From assembly GCA_963664705.1 (NCBI GenBank), contig OY761556.1:2048001-2112000 (forward strand): a DNA stretch of 64,000 nt, in the 5' to 3' direction. Positions 1-9,944 of the stretch are shown piece by piece; within the stretch, counting starts at the first letter, position 1; each line of letters begins with the position of its first letter. The DNA comes from Acidobacteriota bacterium (GTDB lineage Bacteria > Acidobacteriota > UBA6911). The translations under genes were made by a program, and so were the position numbers. Under the pieces are notes generated by a model that worked only from the letters and a program-made list of their open reading frames with translations, did no database searches and was not told the origin of the DNA.

Positions 1-653
1 CACATCTCAAACAATCGCGAACGAAGACGCATGCCTATTCGGTCCGTCAAATTCTCCTCCCCCTGTTTGACAGGCTTGTCGAGGTAATTGGAGGTAAAAA
101 TAGTCAGCTTCTCGTCGTTATAGCGACAGTTGATGATGTGCGCAATGGTGTCCCGCACCCAGTCCGTCGGCTTGTTGGCTCCCAGTTCATCCAGGATCAG
201 TACCTTCGCCTCCAGTACAGGCCGCAGCACCTCCAATTCCGAGGTTTGAGAAACGGAATTCCAGCTGGCCTGAATCTCGCGAAGTAGATCCCTGAAATCA
301 TAGAAGAGCCCGCCATCCCCCTTTTCCATGATCACCTGCTTCAGCAGGGCAACCGCAAGATGTGTCTTGCCGACGCCGCAAGTCCCAAGCAGAAGCAGCC
401 CCACATCGATCTGGGGATATTTATCCAGGAATCGCTGGACGTAGAGCTTTGCCTTCTTTTGAGATTCATTTTGCGGCAGGTATGATTCCAGATCGCAATG
501 CTCATACCGCTTCGGGATGCGTGCTTCGGCCAGAAGCCTCTCGACCCGGACCGAGCTCATGCAGGTACATCGGCGTACACCCCCTTCCACCGGTTCCCAT
601 CCGGAACCGCTGCAAAGAGGACAAGCTGGGAGTAATGAATTTTCAGTGGTCAT
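1..653 (-). CDS. DnaC/IstB-like AAA+ ATP-binding protein (3' end runs off the window; absent from ORF track)
   Basis: Manual translation from ATG at 653: [19 protein letters not shown]...RRCTC (Zn-binding Cys motifs), Walker [12 protein letters not shown], Walker B LILDELG, IFTSN, and [14 protein letters not shown] at the window edge. Confidence 0.85.
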   Translation of the reverse strand, partial: MTTENSLLPACPLCSGSGWEPVEGGVRRCTCMSSVRVERLLAEARIPKRYEHCDLESYLPQNESQKKAKLYVQRFLDKYPQIDVGLLLLGTCGVGKTHLAVALLKQVIMEKGDGGLFYDFRDLLREIQASWNSVSQTSELEVLRPVLEAKVLILDELGANKPTDWVRDTIAHIINCRYNDEKLTIFTSNYLDKPVKQGEENLTDRIGMRLRSRLFEM

Positions 654-729
654 TGGAAACCTGAGGATATCACAAGTGCCTGGGGCCTGCGCGAATTATT
701 GAAATTGAATTATGGTACGCAAAACACAC

Positions 730-1818
730 TTATTGCGAATTGGGAACAGCTGCCTTTGGTGCGGGCTTTGGCGGAGGAGGACCTGGCACCGCGGCAACCT
801 GAAGCGCCTTTAACTCGGCATACATCTTTTGAACATTTGACGGAAAAAAATTCTGGAATCGATACTTCGAATACTTTTCCGGCACCGCAATATCCCGGAC
901 GGCCTGATCCAGACCATCCCCGCGATCCACCGATTCCTTTACCAGCGACTGCAGTGATTCAAAATAGCCCAGGAAATTCTGGATATCCTTTTTAGTCCCC
1001 ACTGTTCCATGGCCGGGGACAAATTTTTCGGCATCCAGTTTTAGCACTTCTTCCAGTGTTTTCATCCAGGACAAAATGGATGCATCCTGTACATTGGGAA
1101 TGGCTTCATTAAAAAAAAGATCCCCAACAAATACAATCTTTTGAGCCGGCAGCAGCATCACCACATCCCCGTCGGTGTGCCCTTTTCCAAGGTACAGAAT
1201 CCGGACTTCCTGTTTTCCGTCCAGAATCTTCAAGCTGTCATCCAGGGTAACAGATGGCGCCCCTATTTTTAGCTTGGACATCGTCTGGATGTATTCGTCA
1301 CGCGTCTTGATCTGCTCGCGCAGCCGTTGCAGAAGATCCGGGTCCTTCGTCTTGGCCATATCTCGGCGCAATCTTTCGACCTGCGCTTGCGCCACGGATA
1401 TTGTCCTGTTGAGCGAGGGGAGGTCTCCTTCGAGGACCTCCCGGCGCGCCGCGGTGCTTCCGATCAATTGGGCGTCCGGGAAGGCCTGGTTTCCATGGGT
1501 ATGATCGGCATGTGCATGGCTGTTGACAACATAACGGATAGGCTTTGGCGTAACCGATCGAATGGCATTCAGTAATGCCTGCCCAGCCTCGGGAGTGAAG
1601 TGGGTGTCGAATACGAGAACCGAATGCTCCAGCACAACGAATCCGGCGTTGCTTACAGCATCCCCATCCGGGCTGACAATCCTTACGAATACATTATCCG
1701 CAAGCCTGGTCAGATCCGAGCTTTCCTTTGAGTACGCGGCGGTCGAAAACAGACACCACAGGCCTGTCATCACGCAAGCCCATCGGACTATTTGTTTAAT
1801 TGCAGAAAATGAAAGAAT
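730..1818 (-). CDS. Exported MBL-fold metallo-hydrolase (start uncertain: ATT 1818, GTG 1773 or ATG 1770)
   Basis: HAHADHTHGN metal motif, GHTDGD, VGDLFF, VPGHG; signal-peptide-like N-terminus; the track's start at 1869 overlaps the upstream gene. Confidence 0.85.
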   Translation of the reverse strand: MLSFSAIKQIVRWACVMTGLWCLFSTAAYSKESSDLTRLADNVFVRIVSPDGDAVSNAGFVVLEHSVLVFDTHFTPEAGQALLNAIRSVTPKPIRYVVNSHAHADHTHGNQAFPDAQLIGSTAARREVLEGDLPSLNRTISVAQAQVERLRRDMAKTKDPDLLQRLREQIKTRDEYIQTMSKLKIGAPSVTLDDSLKILDGKQEVRILYLGKGHTDGDVVMLLPAQKIVFVGDLFFNEAIPNVQDASILSWMKTLEEVLKLDAEKFVPGHGTVGTKKDIQNFLGYFESLQSLVKESVDRGDGLDQAVRDIAVPEKYSKYRFQNFFPSNVQKMYAELKALQVAAVPGPPPPKPAPKAAVPNSQ

Positions 1819-1834
1819 GGAAGGACCTCGCGTT

Positions 1835-3004
1835 TCAGAAATTCGACATGCGCTGCACCGGCGCTTCAACCAGCATCACCGATTTCTGATTCTTCGATCG
1901 CCCCCGGTAGAAAGTAACCTTCACACTCTCACCGGGACGTTTTGTCTCCAAAACCAATCGAAGCTCCTCAAGCGAACCAACCGGCTTTCCATCTATTTCA
2001 GTCAGAATATCGCCGCCCACCAGGATCCGCTGGTTGAACAGGATGGCCATTTGATTGGCGCCTTTGATTCCGGCCTGATCGGCGGAACTGCCGCGGTATA
2101 CGCGGGCAATCATGATTCCGCTCTGCACGGGCAGATTGAGTTCCGAGGCAAGATCTTCGTTCAGCTCATATCCTTCGATGCCGAACCAGGGTCTACGAAC
2201 ACGTCCCTCCCGGATCAACTCCGTCACGACGCGGCGAATGGTATTGGCAGGGATCGCAAAACCGATTCCGATGCTCCCGCCTCCGCGGATTGTAAAAATC
2301 GAGGTATTGATCCCGATCATCTCACCGGCGGTATTCAGCAATGGCCCACCTGAATTTCCGGGATTGATGGCCGCATCGGTCTGAATAACATTGTCGACCA
2401 GCGTGCCTTCTTCAGTTTTGATGCGGCGGCCCAGGGAGCTTACAATGCCCGTGGTCATTGAATTCTGAAGGCCCAGGGGATTTCCGATAGCCAGGACTTT
2501 CTGCCCAACCTTCAATGCGCTGGAATCCCCCAGAGTAATAGGATGCAGCCGGTCCTTGGGAGCGCCGGAAATCCTGATCACGGCCAGGTCGTTCTGCTTA
2601 TCGTACCCGATGACCTTGGCCCGGTATTTCGTATGGTCCGGCAACGAAACTTCCAGGCTATCCGCGGACTCAATGACATGATAGTTGGTAAGAATATTTC
2701 CGTCCGTATCCAGCACGCAGCCGCTTCCGGTCCCTCCATCGGTTGCGACGGGCGCGAAGAAGAAATCGTATTCCACTACCTTTTGGGTAATGTTGACGAC
2801 TCCCGGACTTACCTGGTCATATACACGGATATTTGTCTGCTCTTCGCTGCTGAGGGAGGCCTGGCCGGCTGGAGCAAATGCAAAAGCTGGCTTCGACGGC
2901 TCCTTTGGGCTGTATCCAGGGATCAGATCCCATTTCAGCGCCATCAGAGTGGCCGAACTGGAAAGAAGAACGGCGATGATGATATTTCTTACTGGGTGCC
3001 TCAT
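1835..3004 (-). CDS. HtrA/DegP-family trypsin-like serine protease with PDZ domain
   Basis: LTNYHVI (His), NDLAV (Asp), QTDAAINPGNSGGPLLN (Ser), C-terminal PDZ. Confidence 0.95.
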   Translation of the reverse strand: MRHPVRNIIIAVLLSSSATLMALKWDLIPGYSPKEPSKPAFAFAPAGQASLSSEEQTNIRVYDQVSPGVVNITQKVVEYDFFFAPVATDGGTGSGCVLDTDGNILTNYHVIESADSLEVSLPDHTKYRAKVIGYDKQNDLAVIRISGAPKDRLHPITLGDSSALKVGQKVLAIGNPLGLQNSMTTGIVSSLGRRIKTEEGTLVDNVIQTDAAINPGNSGGPLLNTAGEMIGINTSIFTIRGGGSIGIGFAIPANTIRRVVTELIREGRVRRPWFGIEGYELNEDLASELNLPVQSGIMIARVYRGSSADQAGIKGANQMAILFNQRILVGGDILTEIDGKPVGSLEELRLVLETKRPGESVKVTFYRGRSKNQKSVMLVEAPVQRMSNF

Positions 3005-3047
3005 AAAGCAAAAGAGCCTCCTGGAGCCGGGTATGGTCCAGGAGGCT
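3005..3047 (-). terminator. Intrinsic terminator-like hairpin after the solute-binding protein gene
   Basis: Perfect 11-bp inverted repeat AGCCTCCTGGA/TCCAGGAGGCT followed by CTTTTGCTTT on the minus strand. Confidence 0.7.
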
Positions 3048-3055
3048 TTCCTTCT

Positions 3056-4189
3056 CTACCTGAATTGAATCGAAATGCCGCTGCCGGAAATATTCAGATC
3101 CATGGCAAGCGAAGTCTTTGCCAGATCGGGAACCGGCACTTTGGCGGTCATCCGCAAAATACTCATATTCAGTTTATATTCTCCCGGAGGAACCGCCTTG
3201 GTGAACTTGCAGTTTCCATGGTTTCCTTCCGTCAGAATCGGCGTGGACTGATAGGATCCGGATGCGCCTTCCAGAACGAGGACGAAACCGTCCAGACGAT
3301 CCATATTCCAGCTGCCGCCGGACTTGTTGATGCTGACGTTGATGGTTTTGGGAGCCTTCTTGGCGGCATCTTCCTTCTTGTCCGCTTCGCCTCGATCCCT
3401 TGATTTTTTGACAATGTCGCCAATCCAGGTATCGATCATTTTTTGAAGTTCACCGGATGATTTCAGACGATCGATGGTGGCATTAACCTTGGCCAACAAC
3501 GCAGTCTCACCCTTCCGCACCACCGCCACATACTTGTACTTATTAACCTGCTCCGGCAGAGTGGTGGTGTTCGGATAGCTGTTGAAGCTGCTGTAGGAAA
3601 TCATGATCTCATCGCCAATGACCGCGTTGATTTCAGCGCGGTTCAATGCACCCAGGGCATCATCCAAGGTAGGGAATTTCTTGACGGTGATATCTTTTTG
3701 GGTGGCCAGGAAGGTATCCGCCGGACGCCCGGAGGCAACGCCGACCATCTTCCCCTTCAGACTCGCAAGGTCCTTAACATCAAAGTCATTGCGCTGATGA
3801 GCAATCACATCGCTGCTCTCATAATACGGCTGTGAAAAAGCGAAATCCTTTTCTCTGGCCGGATCACTGGCGATCGCGGAAATCACTACCTCAGCCTCGC
3901 CGTTCTTGAGCAGATCGAGAACGTGATCATAGCCATTGGCTTTCACCCAGTTCACCTCGATATTGAGATCTTTCCCAATCTCGTTTCCGAGATCTATGTC
4001 GAGGCCTTGAACGCCGGTTCCCGCGCCAAACTCAAACGGAGCATTCCGGGCATCCGTGACGATGGCGATCTTTTTATGTTTCTTCATGCTTGCTTCGGCG
4101 CTGGGGATTTCTTTTTCTTTCTTACCGCAACCGATTGCGATCAGCATCAAGCCGACCATCATCAAAACAATGTATTTTGTTATTCGCAA
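3056..4189 (-). CDS. Amino-acid ABC transporter substrate-binding lipoprotein (SBP family 3) with extra C-terminal domain
   Basis: Lipobox LIAIGC; APFEF, GLDIDL, FSQPYY motifs; AAGGAGG SD before a TTG start. Confidence 0.85.
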   Translation of the reverse strand: MRITKYIVLMMVGLMLIAIGCGKKEKEIPSAEASMKKHKKIAIVTDARNAPFEFGAGTGVQGLDIDLGNEIGKDLNIEVNWVKANGYDHVLDLLKNGEAEVVISAIASDPAREKDFAFSQPYYESSDVIAHQRNDFDVKDLASLKGKMVGVASGRPADTFLATQKDITVKKFPTLDDALGALNRAEINAVIGDEIMISYSSFNSYPNTTTLPEQVNKYKYVAVVRKGETALLAKVNATIDRLKSSGELQKMIDTWIGDIVKKSRDRGEADKKEDAAKKAPKTINVSINKSGGSWNMDRLDGFVLVLEGASGSYQSTPILTEGNHGNCKFTKAVPPGEYKLNMSILRMTAKVPVPDLAKTSLAMDLNISGSGISIQFR

Positions 4190-4439
4190 GTCTTACCTCC
4201 TTGGAGATATATAGGAGCTTCAATTCATTGCATTACGATTGCATGGGTATTCTAGCCAAATTAGCATTATGACCAAAGCTTTTTTAACATTCTTAGTTTC
4301 TAAAAGTATCGGGGAGGCTCCTCGCTGAAAGCCGGGCACTTCGTTCCCTTCCCCCAGTAGCGTCCTAAAGCCCTCTGGAAGGGGGCCGGCCATAGGATCC
4401 TCTAAATACATTAGATGCGATTCGGAGACCATTGTTCCG

Positions 4440-5627
4440 CTACAGATCACGCTTTCCATAAGTAAACGACATCGAACCGGCCGCTAGCAGACAAAAAGCG
4501 GCTCCGAGCATGCAAACGCCCCCATAGCCCCGTAATCCAAACAGAATCCCTGACATAAGTGTAGCAAGACCGATGCCCAATTGGGAAAACGAGTTCTTTA
4601 GGGCTACAAAAGCTCCTCGCGAGCCGGAGGGGACAATCTCGGTCAGGACAGCCTCCATCGGTCCCTGCCGGAATGCAGCCGCCAGACTGACCAACCCAAA
4701 AACCAGAAACATCATCTTGCCCCACTGGAGCTTGGGAAGAAGAAGCAGAAACCCCGCGAGTGCGACGCTGCTGACGACAACCTGCAATCGCTTTCCGATT
4801 CTGTCGGCAATAGCTCCTGCGAATGGAGACGCCAGCAAGGCCGCTCCACCCGCAATCAGAAATACCAGGCCGATCCGACTGCTCGGAATGCCAAAGGCAC
4901 CGTGAAGCCATTCACCGAAAAACGCAAGGAACCCCATTGTCCCCGCTGAAGCAAAGAAAGAACTCATCAAGGCGCCAATCGCGCCCGGGAATTTAAGGAA
5001 TCCGGCATAGATTCTGATAGTTTCGACAACGGGCGTGCGCCTCGCCTGTGCTGCGGTCGTGGAGAGATCTCTCAGAAAAACCTGGACCGATATAAGCAAA
5101 ATCAGACTAACCAGCGCCATGACTCCAAACACCGAATTCCATCCATACCGCTCGCCAAACCATGAGCCCAGTGGCACTCCGAGGACAAGGGCGGCATAAT
5201 AGGATGAAAATATGGAACCCATCGCCCAACCTCGATTTTCATAGGGGAAAAAATCGGCGGCATACGATATCGTGTTCAGGCTGAGCATGCTCGCTCCCAT
5301 GCCGGTCAAAATCCTCCCACATAAAAGCGCGTAAAATCCGTTGGAAAAATAGGAGGCACAGGAGCCAAGGCAAAAGACAATCAGACCGGTCATCAGGCCG
5401 CGCTTGCGTCCAAACACATCCGAGACGCGGCCCCAGATGAGAACCGAGAGCCCCGCGCAAATCGAATACCCGGTGAAGAGCAACCCTATTTCTGAAAAGG
5501 ACCGGCCGAATTGCATCCGGATCGCGGGGAGAAGCGGACTGAGGATCTGATTGTCCGCAACCCCGACAAAGAGGATAAGAAACAGACACGCAACAACCCT
5601 TCGTTGGTCTCTCTGCCGGAGTGTCAT
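4440..5627 (-). CDS. MFS transporter
   Basis: About 12 hydrophobic segments; motif A GRVSDVFGRK and its repeat GAIADRIGKR. Confidence 0.93.
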   Translation of the reverse strand: MTLRQRDQRRVVACLFLILFVGVADNQILSPLLPAIRMQFGRSFSEIGLLFTGYSICAGLSVLIWGRVSDVFGRKRGLMTGLIVFCLGSCASYFSNGFYALLCGRILTGMGASMLSLNTISYAADFFPYENRGWAMGSIFSSYYAALVLGVPLGSWFGERYGWNSVFGVMALVSLILLISVQVFLRDLSTTAAQARRTPVVETIRIYAGFLKFPGAIGALMSSFFASAGTMGFLAFFGEWLHGAFGIPSSRIGLVFLIAGGAALLASPFAGAIADRIGKRLQVVVSSVALAGFLLLLPKLQWGKMMFLVFGLVSLAAAFRQGPMEAVLTEIVPSGSRGAFVALKNSFSQLGIGLATLMSGILFGLRGYGGVCMLGAAFCLLAAGSMSFTYGKRDL

Positions 5628-5633
5628 GCCAGA

Positions 5634-5993
5634 TTATTCGAAGTGCTTGATTTGCAGGTGCTCCGCTGCAATATCGGTCTGATCCACGACAGATGCGGCC
5701 GCAACGCCCATTGCAATGACAATGGCTTCGCTGATTTCCTCAGGCGTCGCCCCGAACTTCTTTGCCTTTTTGATATGTCCGCTCAAACAGCCCTGGCACT
5801 TGAAACCCAGGGCCGCGGCAATCGCAATGAGTTCCTTGGTTTTCCGATCTATTTTGGATTTCTTGTAGGTCTCCTGGTAGAACTCGAAATAGATCTTTTT
5901 CATCCGCGCTTCGACCATCGTATAGGATGGCCATTTACCCTGCGGCTCTGGTGTGATCGCGTTTTCCTGTGGGGCATCCGACGGATTCTTCAT
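5634..5993 (-). CDS. Carboxymuconolactone decarboxylase/AhpD-like protein
   Basis: IDRKTKELIAIAAA...CQGCLSGH...GATPEEISEA (CxxC...H CMD motif). Confidence 0.85.
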   Translation of the reverse strand: MKNPSDAPQENAITPEPQGKWPSYTMVEARMKKIYFEFYQETYKKSKIDRKTKELIAIAAALGFKCQGCLSGHIKKAKKFGATPEEISEAIVIAMGVAAASVVDQTDIAAEHLQIKHFE

Positions 5994-6123
5994 ACCATTA
6001 TCCTCATTCGAGTTCCGAAGTATTGAGCGATACTAACATATTCCATTGATGATTTACGATTGACGAATGACGATTGTATCGCGTTGATCGCAGCAAACCG
6101 CCCATGGAATCCGGTACCCAGCC

Positions 6124-6588
6124 CTAGAGTATTCTTTCCATGATCCAGGCATCCTCCACCGGGTCGGTGTAGTAATTCAGGCGTGTCCCGGCAATCCGGA
6201 AATTGTGGCGATTGTAGAAAAGTATGGCGGTTTGATTGGACTTGCGAACTTCAAGGAAGCACCGGTTGCATCCCCGACGAATGCCCTCGGAGTAGGCATT
6301 CTCCATCAGTTCCGTGCCAATACCCTGCCGGTGATATTCCGGAAAGACTCCGAGTTTCAGAATCTCCAGATTATCGTAAATGGATCGCGCCAGAAAGAAA
6401 CCGGCGATCGACTCCCTTACCGATGGAGAACTGATCACAGCCTTGCATCCGAAATATTCGGGGAATTCTTCCAGAAACCGCCGGTAGTTGTCGTTGCCCC
6501 AAAACGCCAGTTTAACCTGGTCTTCAAGCGGTTGCAGGAAAGGAATGTCGTCGACGGTCAGGCGGGCAACATAGCAATTTGAAATCAT
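6124..6588 (-). CDS. rimI: Ribosomal-protein alanine N-acetyltransferase (GNAT)
   Basis: RQGIG acetyl-CoA motif, FLEVRKSN...FY, YY..PVEDAWIM; follows tsaB; ATG at 6588 is next to the tsaB stop. Confidence 0.88.
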   Translation of the reverse strand: MISNCYVARLTVDDIPFLQPLEDQVKLAFWGNDNYRRFLEEFPEYFGCKAVISSPSVRESIAGFFLARSIYDNLEILKLGVFPEYHRQGIGTELMENAYSEGIRRGCNRCFLEVRKSNQTAILFYNRHNFRIAGTRLNYYTDPVEDAWIMERIL

Positions 6589-6589
6589 C

Positions 6590-7300
6590 TCAGCGCTTTT
6601 TGCTTTTGTTTTTGAGGGCATCCGGAGGCCTTATATACATGGGGTCGGCAGCGATATCTTCGCCCGAACGCCAGACCCGTTTTCGCGCAAGTGCCAGCCT
6701 GCCTATCCGTGCCGCCAGAAACAAATCTGCTTCTATTGCACGGTTCAATATCCCAGGTTTGCTTTTTATCTCCTCCAGCCGGCACGCCTTCAGCTCACCA
6801 ACAATATATGTATGCCTGTCTGAAAGGTGATGTTCAAGATCAGAAATGCTGGAAAGTGCAGGCTTCCCGGATGACCGAATTCTGCCGTTTTTGCCCAGAT
6901 AGGTGCCACAGTACAGCTGGGAGCGGTGTGCATCCAGTACTGCAAGAATTTTTCCATCCAGGTAGGAAAATTGATGGGCGATGGCATCCAGTCCGGAAAC
7001 TCCTGCAAATGGAATGGCCAGTGACTGAGCTAACCCCAGGGCCGTCGCAATTCCGATCCGAATGCCCGTAAAGGAACCGGGACCGATGCCAACGGCAACC
7101 AGATTCAAATCTCCCAATCCCCATCCGACTCTGCCCAGTAGAAAGTCGATTGAGCTTAATAATAGAGCCGAATGCGTTTGCAGTGAATTCAGGCGAAGTT
7201 CCGCGCGCAATTCTTCACCTTCCAGTAAGGCGACACTACCCCGCACGGATGAGGTATCAAAAGAAAGAATCTTTGGGGCCACGCTCACAGGCATCATCAT
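6590..7300 (-). CDS. tsaB: tRNA t6A biosynthesis protein TsaB
   Basis: ILSFDTS, HS..L, VGIGPGSFTGIRIG, P.YIRP motifs. Confidence 0.93.
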   Translation of the reverse strand: MMMPVSVAPKILSFDTSSVRGSVALLEGEELRAELRLNSLQTHSALLLSSIDFLLGRVGWGLGDLNLVAVGIGPGSFTGIRIGIATALGLAQSLAIPFAGVSGLDAIAHQFSYLDGKILAVLDAHRSQLYCGTYLGKNGRIRSSGKPALSSISDLEHHLSDRHTYIVGELKACRLEEIKSKPGILNRAIEADLFLAARIGRLALARKRVWRSGEDIAADPMYIRPPDALKNKSKKR

Positions 7301-7427
7301 TGACAACAGCAGGAAGCGGATTATATACTGCAGCCTCTTTATATACAAGGATTTGTGATCCGGTTCCCGTAGTTAAATCCAAGAATTTCCGCGAAAATCC
7401 GCGGTTGAATCCCCTCGGAAAGCCAAG

Positions 7428-9932
7428 TTGATGGAAGACCTCACCCCAATGATGAGACAGTATCATGAGGTCAAGAGGCGCTTTCCCGGCAAACTGGTCT
7501 TCTTTCGCCTCGGCGATTTCTATGAAATGTTTTACGAGGATGCGGTACTTGCGTCCCGTGAACTTGAAATCACCCTGACCTCGCGCAATAAGGATAAAAG
7601 CGGGGCTCCCATTCCCATGTGTGGCGTGCCCTATCACTCGGTCGACGGCTACATTGCCCGTTTGATGAAAAAGGGATACAAGATTGCCATCTGTGAGCAG
7701 GTGGAAGATCCGCGCAGCGCAAAGAAACTCGTTCACCGCGAAGTAACAAGAGTACTGACTCCCGGGACTGTCGTGGAGGAAATGCTCCTGGAGCCGAAAG
7801 ATCACAATTACCTGGGCAGCCTTTGCATCCATGAGGAGGGTGTAGGACTCGCGTTCATGGATCTTTCCACTGCCGATTTTCTCGCGACCGAGTTTTCGTC
7901 GGACGAATCCTGGCATAAGGCGATCGATGAACTGACGCGTTTTTCGCCCAGGGAAATTGTTCTCTCTGAAGGTTCCAGCGAGGAAGTAAGGCAGCGACTG
8001 GTCCGCGACTGGTCCGACTCATGGGTATCCAGCCCGATCGACGACTGGACATTTAATTATGATTACGCGCAGCGGATCCTTCTTGAACATTTCGGACTCG
8101 CCAGCCTGGATGGGCTTGGGGCGTCCGGAAAATCACTGTCTGTCTGCGCCGCCGGCGCACTGATACACTATCTGCGCGATTCGCAATTGACCGCGCTGGG
8201 CAAAGTCGCAACCCTGCGCTTTTTCGAGCCGTCCGACTTTCTGAAGCTTGACGCCTCCACGGTTACGAACCTCGAACTGGTTCAGACTCTGGATGGATCC
8301 AAGAAGGGTTCGCTTTTCTCATTTCTGGACATGACACACACGGGCATGGGAGCGCGCCTGCTAAAATCCTGGCTGCTGCTGCCGCTGCTCAATCTTGAGG
8401 AATTACAGAGGCGGCAGGATTCCATTGAAGTCATGACATCCAGCATTCAGATGCATGGGCGCCTCACGACACAGCTGTCTGAAATTCACGACCTGGAAAG
8501 GCTGATCAGCCGTGTGATGGTCGGGGTTGCCACCCCCCGGGAGCTTCTTGCTTTGAGGGACTCCCTCCGGGTTATTCCCGCCATCCGGGATCTTTTGACC
8601 GTGTTCCCTTCCCCGCGAGTTTCGGAAATTCGCGCAAATCTGGACCCACTGGAAGACGTTGTTCTTTTGATCGAAACCGCAATCTCGGACGATCCGCCGG
8701 CGTCCGCATCCGATCCCGGAATCATCCGGAACGGGTATTCCCCGGAACTGGATGAATTGCGATCCATTCGTCATAGCGGCAAAGGATACATTGCATCGCT
8801 CGAGGCCCGGGAACGGCAGAAAACGGGAATCTCATCGCTCAAGGTGAAGTTCAACCAGGTTTTCGGATATTTCATCGAAGTCACAAATTCCAACCTTTCC
8901 CAGGTGCCTTCGAACTATATCCGAAAGCAGACACTGGTCAATTGCGAGCGTTTTGTAACCGAGGAATTGCAGCAATACGAGGAAAAAGTTCTTGGTGCGG
9001 AAGAGCGGATTGCAACGTTGGAGAAAGAACTGTTTGGCCAGGTGCGCAAATCCGTGGCCGTGCAGGGACTGCGAATCCAGACAACGGCGCGCCTTCTCGG
9101 CGAACTGGATGCATATGCCTCGCTATCCGAAGTCGCCGTCAAAAACGGCTATGTTCGCCCCAGGTTGACTGCCGGGGATGAGATATTTATCCGTGACGGC
9201 CGCCACCCCGTCGTCGAGTTGCAGAGTCAGCCCTTCATTCCGAATGACTTGTATCTCAACTCCACGACCGATCAACTGATTGTTTTGACCGGGCCGAATA
9301 TGGGTGGAAAGTCCACCTACCTTCGGCAGACCGCGCTGATCGTTATCCTGGCGCAGATGGGTTCTTTTGTTCCCGCCGGCGAAGCGCGACTTGGATGCGT
9401 CGACCGCATCTACACACGCGTCGGCGCTTCCGACAACCTGGCACGCGGAAGATCCACCTTCATGGTGGAAATGATTGAAACGGCAAACATTCTGAACACC
9501 GCTACAACGCGCAGCCTCATTCTGCTTGATGAAGTCGGCCGAGGCACGGCTACATTTGACGGACTGTCTCTGGCCTGGGCGATTGCGGAATACCTGGTGC
9601 AGAATCCTGTCCATCGCGCAAAAACTCTTTTCGCCACGCATTATCATGAACTGACAAAAATGTCCGAGGTTCATCCCGGCGTCAGGAATTATTGTATGGC
9701 GATTCAGGAGGTCGGCAAGGAGATCGTCTTTCTACGAAAAGTCACTCCAGGCGCCGCCGACAAAAGCTATGGTATCGAGGTGGCTCGTCTCGCCGGGATG
9801 CCCCGGGATGTCCTGACCAGGGCGAACAAAATTCTCGAAAAACTTGAAAGAAAAGAAATAGACCTGACGGGTCGCGCGCACAGACGTTCGACGGATGAAG
9901 TGCTGGATGAAATGCAGAAGTCGCTTTTTTAA
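7428..9932 (+). CDS. mutS: DNA mismatch repair protein MutS
   Basis: TPMMRQY, FFRLGDFYEMF, TGPNMGGKSTYLRQ, STFMVEM, DEVGRGT, FATHY. Confidence 0.98.
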   Translation: MMEDLTPMMRQYHEVKRRFPGKLVFFRLGDFYEMFYEDAVLASRELEITLTSRNKDKSGAPIPMCGVPYHSVDGYIARLMKKGYKIAICEQVEDPRSAKKLVHREVTRVLTPGTVVEEMLLEPKDHNYLGSLCIHEEGVGLAFMDLSTADFLATEFSSDESWHKAIDELTRFSPREIVLSEGSSEEVRQRLVRDWSDSWVSSPIDDWTFNYDYAQRILLEHFGLASLDGLGASGKSLSVCAAGALIHYLRDSQLTALGKVATLRFFEPSDFLKLDASTVTNLELVQTLDGSKKGSLFSFLDMTHTGMGARLLKSWLLLPLLNLEELQRRQDSIEVMTSSIQMHGRLTTQLSEIHDLERLISRVMVGVATPRELLALRDSLRVIPAIRDLLTVFPSPRVSEIRANLDPLEDVVLLIETAISDDPPASASDPGIIRNGYSPELDELRSIRHSGKGYIASLEARERQKTGISSLKVKFNQVFGYFIEVTNSNLSQVPSNYIRKQTLVNCERFVTEELQQYEEKVLGAEERIATLEKELFGQVRKSVAVQGLRIQTTARLLGELDAYASLSEVAVKNGYVRPRLTAGDEIFIRDGRHPVVELQSQPFIPNDLYLNSTTDQLIVLTGPNMGGKSTYLRQTALIVILAQMGSFVPAGEARLGCVDRIYTRVGASDNLARGRSTFMVEMIETANILNTATTRSLILLDEVGRGTATFDGLSLAWAIAEYLVQNPVHRAKTLFATHYHELTKMSEVHPGVRNYCMAIQEVGKEIVFLRKVTPGAADKSYGIEVARLAGMPRDVLTRANKILEKLERKEIDLTGRAHRRSTDEVLDEMQKSLF

Positions 9933-9944
9933 ATCAAGAATGAA

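Noticed and set aside
4314-4402. tRNA-Sec, SRP RNA or lysine riboswitch
   Set aside because: No TCA anticodon arm or T-loop, no SRP core motif, and too short for a lysine riboswitch; kept only as an unassigned hairpin.
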